From an uncultured virus (IMG/VR IMGVR_UViG_3300025012_000008) (Duplodnaviria; Heunggongvirae; Uroviricota; Caudoviricetes): a stretch of DNA of 20,000 nt. The position numbers and the translations under genes are program-made. The notes below the pieces were generated by a model that ran no database searches, was not told the DNA's origin, and saw only the letters and a program-made list of their open reading frames with translations. The number at the start of each line of letters is the position of its first letter. Within the stretch, counting starts at the first letter, position 1. Below are positions 8,917 to 15,935 of the stretch, piece by piece. The DNA is taken from IMG/VR virus record IMGVR_UViG_3300025012_000008, one strand, 5' to 3'.

Positions 8917-9021
8917 ATGAAGTTTCCTGTTAAAAAGCCAGTTATTATTTCTGTAACAGTAAAGTTTTCCACTATTTCACGGTGGTGGAAAACTTTACTT
9001 CAGCGATTGAGATTAAAGTAA
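8917..9021 (+). CDS. Unannotated 34-aa cationic amphipathic peptide MKFPVKKPVIISVTVKFSTISRWWKTLLQRLRLK
   Basis: TAAATG junction as at 865/866 and 10206/10207; fills the gap up to the endolysin RBS; 9 K/R, no D/E. Confidence 0.5.
   Translation: MKFPVKKPVIISVTVKFSTISRWWKTLLQRLRLK
8958..8999 (+). terminator. Strong stem-loop (15-bp perfect inverted repeat), terminator/attenuator or processing site
   Basis: AGTAAAGTTTTCCAC-N12-GTGGAAAACTTTACT, extendable inward by G-U pairs; no clear U-tract, so function is uncertain. Confidence 0.45.
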
Positions 9022-9032
9022 AGGAATGAATC

Positions 9033-9401
9033 GTGGATAATTTGAATCAATATTTTAAGAGGTCAGAATTTGAATGTAAATGTGCCCGTAAATGTGGATT
9101 TGATACAGTTGATAGCGAATTAATTGCTGTTTTAACTGATGTTCGGGTTCATTTTAATCTTCCTGTAATAATCAATAGTGCATGTCGTTGTTTTCTTCAT
9201 AATCAAGCGATTGGTGGTAGACCTCATTCATATCATTTATCCGGCAGAGCTGCTGATATTCGAATTCCTGGGATTCAGCCGGAAAACATTTACCAATATT
9301 TAGATAACAGATATCCAGGAATATTTGGAATTCTTTGTTATAAAACCTTTATCCATATTGATACCCGTTCAAAAGAATCGTTCAGGATGCAAATAAAATA
9401 G
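9033..9401 (+). CDS. Endolysin, peptidase M15A (D-Ala-D-Ala Zn-peptidase)
   Basis: YFKRSEFECKC...INSACRC..HN.AIGG...SYHLSGRAADI...FIHIDTR. Confidence 0.92.
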   Translation: MDNLNQYFKRSEFECKCARKCGFDTVDSELIAVLTDVRVHFNLPVIINSACRCFLHNQAIGGRPHSYHLSGRAADIRIPGIQPENIYQYLDNRYPGIFGILCYKTFIHIDTRSKESFRMQIK

Positions 9402-9409
9402 AGGTTACT

Positions 9410-9922
9410 ATGAAAGGATCAAGGACAAAAACATTAAGGCATATTGAAACGGTAAGGAATTTTATTGGTGGAATAATATGTGAATTGATCAACAGACAAC
9501 AACAACACGATCAATCAAAGCTCGAAGATCCTGAAGTAGAAATGTTTGAAAAGTTTACCCCACTTCTTCGCAAATCGACTTTCGGTTCAGAAGAGTACAA
9601 GGGACATTTAATGTCGATGCAGGCTGCTGTAGATCACCACTATCGAAAGAATCGACATCATCCTGAGTTTCACCTCATGGGAGTAGAAAATGCTGATCCT
9701 GTGCGGAATTCGGTGTTTGAGAGAATGAACCTGATTGACTTAACAGAAATGGCTTGTGATTGGTATGCTGCATCCTTGAGGCATGATGACGGAGATTATC
9801 GAAGAAGTATTGAGATAAATCAAAAGAGATTCGGATTTTCCGATGAAGTAAAAGACATACTTTTAAACACAATTGAATTCATAGAAGAGAAACAAATTTA
9901 TCACAAAGCGGAGGAAAGTTGA
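9410..9922 (+). CDS. DUF5662-family HD-like protein
   Basis: HI..VR...HDQSKL...E...HHY..NRHHPE.H...MNLIDL.EM.CDW.AAS. Confidence 0.8.
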   Translation: MKGSRTKTLRHIETVRNFIGGIICELINRQQQHDQSKLEDPEVEMFEKFTPLLRKSTFGSEEYKGHLMSMQAAVDHHYRKNRHHPEFHLMGVENADPVRNSVFERMNLIDLTEMACDWYAASLRHDDGDYRRSIEINQKRFGFSDEVKDILLNTIEFIEEKQIYHKAEES

Positions 9923-10206
9923 TGTTGAATAAAATGTTGGTTGCTTTTGGGTTAAAGTACATTGCTGCAAAAACCGATGGGTATAAATCGTATTCAGGGG
10001 CAGCAGGAAAGATTATTGGTGGAATTGTTTCTATTCTTTCCGGGATTGTTGGAGGAATTAGTTATATGTATCCTGATTCTGGATTACCTGAGATGGAGAT
10101 AGAAGCAATTACTACCCTAATTGGTGCTGGATTCTATGCTATTTCTTCAGGTATTCAAGGAATTGGAATTGCTCATAAACTCGTAAAAGTTGCTGAGGAG
10201 AAATAA
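9922..10206 (+). CDS. Putative holin (2 TM)
   Basis: DGYKSY then two Gly/Ile-rich hydrophobic helices, GI.HKL.K tail; TGATG coupling; lysis cluster. Confidence 0.65.
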   Translation: MLNKMLVAFGLKYIAAKTDGYKSYSGAAGKIIGGIVSILSGIVGGISYMYPDSGLPEMEIEAITTLIGAGFYAISSGIQGIGIAHKLVKVAEEK

Positions 10207-10560
10207 ATGACAGCCCAGAAAAGAGATTGTGAAGATTGCGATGAACACAAAGTTTTGATTGAAAGAATAAAAATTCTTGAGAAACTCCCTTCTGTTTTTT
10301 CTTGGATGAACATGACAAAAGGAGTTGGATTTTTGCTGATCGTTACTCTTACAATATTTTTTGGAATTTTGATGACAACCAGATCAGAATTGTTTGAAAA
10401 AAATAAGGATCAAGAAGTAAAGTTGGAAAAGCAAGTTGAAGTAATAAAAAGTACAGTAAATAAGATCGAAACAAATGTGGCTGTAATGGTAAGGACTTAT
10501 GAAATGAGTCAACAAACAACCCAAAAAGAACTGGAAGAGATTAGAAGAAAAATACAATGA
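10207..10560 (+). CDS. Single-TM coiled-coil protein (holin/antiholin or i-spanin-like)
   Basis: GVGFLLIVTLTIFFGILM TM then heptad-rich C-terminus; GAGGAG RBS. Confidence 0.55.
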   Translation: MTAQKRDCEDCDEHKVLIERIKILEKLPSVFSWMNMTKGVGFLLIVTLTIFFGILMTTRSELFEKNKDQEVKLEKQVEVIKSTVNKIETNVAVMVRTYEMSQQTTQKELEEIRRKIQ

Positions 10561-10730
10561 AACTCTTACTTAGACAATGTTGTGTTTGTAAGAAATATGT
10601 AAATGAAAATGGGCAGCATCAGGCATTTCTCCCGACCTGCCCTTTCATTCCTATTTCACATGGATATTGTGATGAGTGCTTAGGGAAAGCATTAAAAGAA
10701 GTGCAATTAGCCAAAAAGAAAATATCATAA
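10557..10730 (+). CDS. Unannotated 57-aa Zn-finger protein (CxxCKK...SHGYCxxC)
   Basis: MKLLLRQCCVCKKYVNENG...ISHGYCDECLGKALKE; ATGA overlap with upstream stop. Confidence 0.75.
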   Translation: MKLLLRQCCVCKKYVNENGQHQAFLPTCPFIPISHGYCDECLGKALKEVQLAKKKIS

Positions 10731-11165
10731 ATTATTCCATAAAGTCATTTGACCGTTTTCTTCCATTAATTTTTTATTATCTTGCAACTTTCTTATTTGA
10801 ATTAATCTGTAATTTTGTGTTGGAGTAAGTTGTTGTAAATGAGAAGGATTTACACATAATGGATTTCTACATTTATGGTCAATATGCATTTGTTTTTCTA
10901 TTGGACCATTAAATAAAGCATACGAAATTCTATGTGCCCATTTTGTCGATCCTCCTGGAGTTAGACAACATGGATATCCATTATGTGTTCTTCCTAACCA
11001 TTCCCAACAACCACAAATAGATATTTTAACAAATTTTAAAAATATTTTTTTATATTCATTGTTTAATTCTTTTGGAATAGAAAATGGATTTATAATCATT
11101 TTCCCAGAATAACCAAATTTTCCTGCTTTTTGTCCTTGTTTTGGTTTTATTATTATAGTTAACAT
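10725..11165 (-). CDS. HNH endonuclease (HNH_3-like)
   Basis: CWEWLG...GY...AHRISY.LFNGPI...HIDHKCRNPLCVNPSHL..LT...N. Confidence 0.92.
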   Translation of the reverse strand: MLTIIIKPKQGQKAGKFGYSGKMIINPFSIPKELNNEYKKIFLKFVKISICGCWEWLGRTHNGYPCCLTPGGSTKWAHRISYALFNGPIEKQMHIDHKCRNPLCVNPSHLQQLTPTQNYRLIQIRKLQDNKKLMEENGQMTLWNNL

Positions 11166-11575
11166 TAAAATTCATTATTAAAAGGTTTTGGCAATTCTCC
11201 AAATTGATTAAAAAATAGCATTTCATTTTCTGTCAAATTTAAATCTTTTTTCATTGATTCAGCTATTTCTTTTAAACAATAGGCATATTTTGATTTAGAT
11301 TCCTTACCGTTTTTTAATAGATTTAAAATTGATAATATCCTTTCTCTTTTAATTATTGTTCTTTTACATTTTCTATTTTGATTTTTTTTTCGTGGATACC
11401 TTTTACAAAGTTCAGAATACCATTGAGGATTGTTCGATTCAACTTGTCTAATTTTCAATCCATCTTTTTCTTTTTCTTCATTTTTATTTGGAACCAAGCA
11501 TATTATGAGCCTATTGGAAACAAGGTCATAATACATAAATTCATATATTTCCAATAGGCTCATATTGTTTACCAA
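11165..11575 (-). CDS. Hypothetical basic protein
   Basis: 136-aa AT-rich ORF, TAATG coupling to HNH; start uncertain. Confidence 0.65.
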   Translation of the reverse strand: MVNNMSLLEIYEFMYYDLVSNRLIICLVPNKNEEKEKDGLKIRQVESNNPQWYSELCKRYPRKKNQNRKCKRTIIKRERILSILNLLKNGKESKSKYAYCLKEIAESMKKDLNLTENEMLFFNQFGELPKPFNNEF

Positions 11576-11760
11576 AATCCGGAATCATCAGAAGTTTCAA
11601 CAGTAGCATTAATGCATTCTGGGAGTTTTCTAACACTTGATTTCAATGGCAGTTCAAAAACAAAGCAATAATTCCCTTCAACATACGAATCATCCTCTTT
11701 AAATCGACAGTCTTTGCAGTATTCTCCAGCCGGAATTCTTTCTACCTTAATGCAAATCAC
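11569..11760 (-). CDS. Small 4-Cys protein, paralogue of 11965-12153
   Basis: GGAGG RBS before GTG; IPAGEYCKDCRFKE...C...KLPEC. Confidence 0.7.
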   Translation of the reverse strand: MICIKVERIPAGEYCKDCRFKEDDSYVEGNYCFVFELPLKSSVRKLPECINATVETSDDSGFW

Positions 11761-11950
11761 TTCTTCCTCCTAATTTCGATTTTTTAAGCAGTTCGATATA
11801 GACTACATCTAATAGTCTAATCGTCTCAGGGACAGCATTTTTGATTGCTAGTTTTCGACATTTGTTGCAGAGATCCCTCCTTTTATAGATTTCTGTATAG
11901 ATCGACTTTCTTTCTCCGCAGTTTTCGCAATAGTCAAATTCTTGGGACAT
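11747..11950 (-). CDS. Small Zn-ribbon protein
   Basis: CENC...LCNKC. Confidence 0.65.
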   Translation of the reverse strand: MSQEFDYCENCGERKSIYTEIYKRRDLCNKCRKLAIKNAVPETIRLLDVVYIELLKKSKLGGRSDLH

Positions 11951-11964
11951 GACTTTTTCTTAAC

Positions 11965-12153
11965 TCAATTTTCCGGATTTACAAAAACAATTTCGCTGTT
12001 CAAACAACTTTCCAGTTTAGTTCCATCGTCAGGAAGTTTTCCTTTCATGATTGCACACCATTTCCAATCCTTGAATTTCCCAACTCCAGGTTCTTTGAAA
12101 AAACATTCTTTGCACTTTTGTCCATCAGGAACTTCGATTGAAATTATTGCCAT
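11965..12153 (-). CDS. Small 4-Cys protein, paralogue of 11569-11760
   Basis: VPDGQKCKECFFKE...C...KLESC; AAGGA RBS. Confidence 0.7.
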   Translation of the reverse strand: MAIISIEVPDGQKCKECFFKEPGVGKFKDWKWCAIMKGKLPDDGTKLESCLNSEIVFVNPEN

Positions 12154-12177
12154 TTCATTTTTCCTTCTTTGGTGGTT

Positions 12178-12432
12178 TTATTCAAACGTATGGATACACT
12201 CTAATTCAAAATCTGTTCTTTCTGTGATTATAGAAATCCATTTTTGAACTTCTTTTTCAGGAAAAACAAGAGCCTTATCTTTATCTTTTTTATTTACCCA
12301 TGAGACAAAACATACACCACGAAGTTCAAATATATACCAATTTCCATCTTTTGTTCTTATCCATACACCCTTTTCTATGGTTTTCTTATTTTTTGGAGCT
12401 AGAGATGGTTTATTTAAATTGTTAATTAACAT
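12178..12432 (-). CDS. Hypothetical protein
   Basis: 84-aa ORF tiling the arm; GAGG upstream. Confidence 0.6.
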   Translation of the reverse strand: MLINNLNKPSLAPKNKKTIEKGVWIRTKDGNWYIFELRGVCFVSWVNKKDKDKALVFPEKEVQKWISIITERTDFELECIHTFE

Positions 12433-12436
12433 ATAT

Positions 12437-12847
12437 TTATTTAAACCTCATTTGTTTGTCATCTCGATAAAAAGAATGATTTCCAATTTTACGAACGAAT
12501 GTCATTGATTTTGTCCATGAGGGGAGAACGACATTTGGATTGAAATAGTGATCAGCTCCTTGTAAGCAATGGCCTAACGACCTTTCCTGGATGCAGTTTG
12601 CTGCCGAGATAATACATTTTCGAAAAGATTCTGAATCAAGGATTTTTGATTGTTCAGGAAAAGAAGTTCCGATAGTCCATGAGAATTGTGAAGGGGCAAG
12701 GATGATTTCTTTTACGGTTTTGTTTCTGGTGATCACACGATTTAAAACAACATGACAAACAGCTATTTGTCCTTCTGTCAATTCTCCTCTTGCTTCATGA
12801 TAAGTGTTAAGTCCTAACCAATACAAATCCTCAGCATATCTTTCCAT
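12437..12847 (-). CDS. SleB/CwlJ-like cell wall hydrolase (Hydrolase_2)
   Basis: NTYHEARGE...GQIAV.HVVLNRV...QFSW...GADHYFNP...PSW...IGNHSFY; AAAGGAG RBS, TGATG overlap. Confidence 0.92.
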   Translation of the reverse strand: MERYAEDLYWLGLNTYHEARGELTEGQIAVCHVVLNRVITRNKTVKEIILAPSQFSWTIGTSFPEQSKILDSESFRKCIISAANCIQERSLGHCLQGADHYFNPNVVLPSWTKSMTFVRKIGNHSFYRDDKQMRFK

Positions 12848-13161
12848 CAAAGTTCTCCTTTAATTAAATCAGGACATTCATAACAACGAAATGGAAAATT
12901 TTCTTTTACAACACAATTTTCCTGTCCTTTACAAGCGTATTCTATATCCGGTTTTGTTTCAAACCAATTTGCTTTCCGTCCACAATAGCAATCAAATGTA
13001 CGCATTACTTCGCAGTCGGCGGCAACAGTTATTTCTCGCCCATCAACAAGATTGAATACTTTTCCCTTTAATTGCTTCCAAGGAACATCACAATTTCCCC
13101 AGTCGTTTCTGTTTTTGCAATCTTTACAGAATAGTGGTTTTACTATTATTGGAATTCCCAT
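12847..13161 (-). CDS. Cys-rich hypothetical protein
   Basis: CKDCKN...C...C...CYCG...WFE.K and a second C...C...CYECP cluster. Confidence 0.65.
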   Translation of the reverse strand: MGIPIIVKPLFCKDCKNRNDWGNCDVPWKQLKGKVFNLVDGREITVAADCEVMRTFDCYCGRKANWFETKPDIEYACKGQENCVVKENFPFRCYECPDLIKGEL

Positions 13162-13163
13162 AA

Positions 13164-13391
13164 TTAATTACCATACCAAGTTGTACAAATATGATTATGG
13201 ATTATTCCACTTGTTAATTGTTTTCTTCTCCTGGCACATTCTCGTTTTCCTTGATGTGGACGTGAATTGCTTCTTTTATATAATTTACTGAAATTGAAAT
13301 TCTTCTTTCTTGGTTCAAATAAATGAGAAATAAATTGAGCAAACAATTTTACGTTTGTTTGATAGCTAAATATAGTAAATGTTTTATTCAT
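13164..13391 (-). CDS. Basic hypothetical protein with PHQGKRECARRRKQ motif
   Basis: AAGGAG RBS; Arg-rich motif. Confidence 0.65.
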   Translation of the reverse strand: MNKTFTIFSYQTNVKLFAQFISHLFEPRKKNFNFSKLYKRSNSRPHQGKRECARRRKQLTSGIIHNHICTTWYGN

Positions 13392-13419
13392 TGTTATTCT
13401 CCTTAAAAAGTTTCAGTTG

Positions 13420-14151
13420 TTATTTTCCGTGTTGAGATAAATATCGAATCTTATCCATAGTGACCATTTCATTGATATTAATCTTGTCAACATTGAGCTG
13501 ATTTACAAGATCAAAGTATTGCTCATAGATATGCAACCCATCGCTGTAAGCGAAGATTGATCCATCAACAACGGGGAAATACCCGCAAATAGAATCAAGA
13601 ACATAATCTTTTAATAACTGAAGACCACCTAAATTTTCGGGAAAACCAGAATAAAGATCCCATGACCGAAAATATAAGGTCATATTCAACTTTCCATTTA
13701 CTACTTTGAAAGAAATTGAACGAAGGCAAGGAGGATCAGGCAAAAAAGTTGTTTCAGAATTTCCAATACAAATTGTTGCTTGATTTGTATTTCCTTTTGA
13801 TACGATTAACAAATCTATTATTCTATCAATTTGTGTTGTAATAAATTCCCCATACGTATATTCTTCGTTCTCAGCTTTTTCTGATCCCATAATCTGATTC
13901 ACAAAATAACTTTCAATTTTCTTTTCATCAGTAGGAGCAGGAATGCCTGCTGGAAGGATAGGGGCAAGTGGACGAGTTTCCGGATTGGTTATTGTGATGA
14001 AAACAGAATCAAGTTGTTTTCTGATCTGTCCTTCATAACTTCCTTTTTCAACAACAAAATCATATCCGTTTTTAATACACAACCACATTGCGTCTCGCCA
14101 CACTTCATTGATGTCATATCCACGAACACAATTGAAATCAAAGTTTATCAT
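13420..14151 (-). CDS. thyA: Thymidylate synthase, short archaeal/methanogen-like ThyA
   Basis: YTYG, PPCL (catalytic Cys), YFRSWD, GFPENL, GLHIY; ATG 14151 with GAGGA RBS (preferred over 14208). Confidence 0.88.
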   Translation of the reverse strand: MINFDFNCVRGYDINEVWRDAMWLCIKNGYDFVVEKGSYEGQIRKQLDSVFITITNPETRPLAPILPAGIPAPTDEKKIESYFVNQIMGSEKAENEEYTYGEFITTQIDRIIDLLIVSKGNTNQATICIGNSETTFLPDPPCLRSISFKVVNGKLNMTLYFRSWDLYSGFPENLGGLQLLKDYVLDSICGYFPVVDGSIFAYSDGLHIYEQYFDLVNQLNVDKININEMVTMDKIRYLSQHGK

Positions 14152-14152
14152 T

Positions 14153-14512
14153 TTATTCCTCTTTAAATAGATTTTCAAGAAATCGACGTAATGAACGATT
14201 TGCAACAATTTCCCTTACTTCTTCTGAATAATTAATATCAATTTCATCATTTCCTTCAATATCTTTATGGCATTTATCTAATGCTTCTTTTATTCTTCTA
14301 ATTTTATCAGCATTAGAACTTGAATTACTTATATCATTAAGATGTCTTGAAGCTATTTTTAAAGATTCTAACCTGCTTTTATTTTCAATATCTTTTATTT
14401 CTTGAGTTTTGTGAATATAATCATCACATGATTTATGAATATGAATGCTGCATGCTCCTTCATATTCAACATCATTATTCCAACATTTTTCATTATCACA
14501 ATCTGGTTTCAT
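14153..14512 (-). CDS. Hypothetical protein (N-terminal Cys cluster, helical C-terminus)
   Basis: GAGGA RBS; CDNEKC...C...C. Confidence 0.65.
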   Translation of the reverse strand: MKPDCDNEKCWNNDVEYEGACSIHIHKSCDDYIHKTQEIKDIENKSRLESLKIASRHLNDISNSSSNADKIRRIKEALDKCHKDIEGNDEIDINYSEEVREIVANRSLRRFLENLFKEE

Positions 14513-14518
14513 ACTTCC

Positions 14519-14737
14519 TCACTTTAAATGCAAAACTGAATTAACAATAAGATATTTTGCCGCTAGTTTTGCATTACTTTTTGATTGAGCAACAATATTA
14601 TCTTTGAAATATCGTTGAAAACGAGAATCAGAATCTTCAGGGATTTTCATCGACAATACTTTTGCTATTTGAACAATAATTGATGCCATAGTTTCAACAT
14701 CCATTATTTCAACCAGTTGCTTTACTTGTTTGTTCAT
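14519..14737 (-). CDS. Hypothetical protein
   Basis: 72 aa, ATGA overlap with upstream small ORF. Confidence 0.6.
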   Translation of the reverse strand: MNKQVKQLVEIMDVETMASIIVQIAKVLSMKIPEDSDSRFQRYFKDNIVAQSKSNAKLAAKYLIVNSVLHLK

Positions 14738-14862
14738 AAGAATTTCATGATTTGGGAATTTTCGACAGATTCAAGAACTTTAGTCTGAAGGTACTTTGCC
14801 CCAATTGTCAGACATCCGAAAGTAAGAGACATTAAAATCAAGGCAGTCACTATGGTTTTCAT
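14734..14862 (-). CDS. Unannotated 42-aa membrane peptide MKTIVTALILMSLTFGCLTIGAKYLQTKVLESVENSQIMKFL
   Basis: AAGGAG RBS, hydrophobic N-terminus, ATGA overlap with next gene. Confidence 0.65.
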   Translation of the reverse strand: MKTIVTALILMSLTFGCLTIGAKYLQTKVLESVENSQIMKFL

Positions 14863-14865
14863 ATT

Positions 14866-15075
14866 TTACTCCTTGTAGTTTTTTTGTTCCCAACCTTCAC
14901 AAATTCCGATTATCATGTTGGGTAAAAATTTTTCTGGATAATCACCGGCTGCAGGAACAGTTGGTTTGAGAGTTACAGACAGATTTAACGGTTCTGAACA
15001 CCGTACATAATTACTGTCTAAAATTAGATGATGTTTACAATATAGACATTTCCCCTCCCGTTTGAATTCTTCCAT
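14866..15075 (-). CDS. Small Cys-rich hypothetical protein
   Basis: AAAGGAG RBS; CLYCKH...C...YP..F.P...CEGW. Confidence 0.7.
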   Translation of the reverse strand: MEEFKREGKCLYCKHHLILDSNYVRCSEPLNLSVTLKPTVPAAGDYPEKFLPNMIIGICEGWEQKNYKE

Positions 15076-15128
15076 GACAGTTCTCCTTTTTTGAGAATTT
15101 TGGAAGCGAATTGAGGTTCTCTCTTTAT

Positions 15129-15156
15129 ATTATAAGCCTTTTTACTGAAAAGTTAA
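15129..15156 (-). promoter_or_regulatory. Putative sigma70-type promoter
   Basis: On - strand TTAACT-16 bp-TATAAT; the -10 box lies in the largest intergenic gap of the arm. Confidence 0.5.
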
Positions 15157-15549
15157 GATTTTATTTTTTTGTTTGAGGACTTCTTCATCCAGCGGTCCAA
15201 CCAACCTGAGATGCCAATCGTCAACAATTCCAGATTCATAGTCGATGGAATCGGTAATACAATCAATGGTATAGAGTTTTCCATGAACTGCTTTTTCGAT
15301 ATTTTCAATAGGATAGTCGTTTCCAATTTCAGAAAAGTCTTCGTATTCCCAGTTACATTGAGCACATCCAGGACAGGATAATCTTTTTAATCGTTGTAAT
15401 CTTGTTTTGAATCCAAAACCTCTTTTGATTTTGAAGTGCTGAACTTCCGCTCGGAAGATCGATCCTTGACAAGTACTTATTTTAGGTGAATGATCAAATT
15501 CAAAAAGATTACCAAATAAAGGATTTTCTAATAAATTTGTAGGAACCAT
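15142..15549 (-). CDS. Hypothetical phage protein
   Basis: AAAGGAG RBS; LKRLSCPGCAQC...GKLY...DYESGIVDDW. Confidence 0.7.
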   Translation of the reverse strand: MVPTNLLENPLFGNLFEFDHSPKISTCQGSIFRAEVQHFKIKRGFGFKTRLQRLKRLSCPGCAQCNWEYEDFSEIGNDYPIENIEKAVHGKLYTIDCITDSIDYESGIVDDWHLRLVGPLDEEVLKQKNKILTFQ

Positions 15550-15561
15550 TTCGTTCTCCTT

Positions 15562-15645
15562 TCAATATTGAGGCATACCAGTAAAATACCAGTATGCAAG
15601 CCAAGACAAAGAAGTTGTCCACAATATTATATAAACGTATTTCAT
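15562..15645 (-). CDS. Unannotated 27-aa hydrophobic peptide MKYVYIILWTTSLSWLAYWYFTGMPQY
   Basis: ATGA overlap with upstream stop; ends at the RBS of the next gene. Confidence 0.5.
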   Translation of the reverse strand: MKYVYIILWTTSLSWLAYWYFTGMPQY

Positions 15646-15935
15646 TCTTTTCTCAATCGGTGATTTTTAGGAAGAAGAGAAATAAGAAATTCAATTTCTC
15701 TCTCCGTAGCATCCCAATAACTAGGTGAACGATAATTTGTATTTGACCATGTCCAAAAGGGAGTTCCGTCACAACCACTCCCTGTTTTTTTTTCAACAGG
15801 ACATCCTTCGCAATTTTCAGGAGAATTAGCACATAGATGACAAATAGGCAATAAGTTAATATTACATCCAGCAGCAATCAAATTCCACCGCTTTTCAATA
15901 CAGCCTTCAAGGGCCTTTAACATTTCAGCTTTCAT
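15642..15935 (-). CDS. Cys-rich hypothetical protein
   Basis: CHLC...CEGCPV...GC.GTPF..W; ATGA overlap suggests start at 15935. Confidence 0.7.
   Translation of the reverse strand: MKAEMLKALEGCIEKRWNLIAAGCNINLLPICHLCANSPENCEGCPVEKKTGSGCDGTPFWTWSNTNYRSPSYWDATEREIEFLISLLPKNHRLRKE

Noticed and set aside
10725..11165. HNH encoded inside a group I intron
   Set aside because: No interrupted host gene and no non-coding flanks; the gene is coupled to its neighbour
13420..14151. dCMP hydroxymethylase
   Set aside because: Specificity residue is Asn (PENL), not Asp
15626..15656. TTGAGA...TATAAT promoter on the minus strand
   Set aside because: 19-bp spacer and lies inside coding sequence in AT-rich DNA; likely chance
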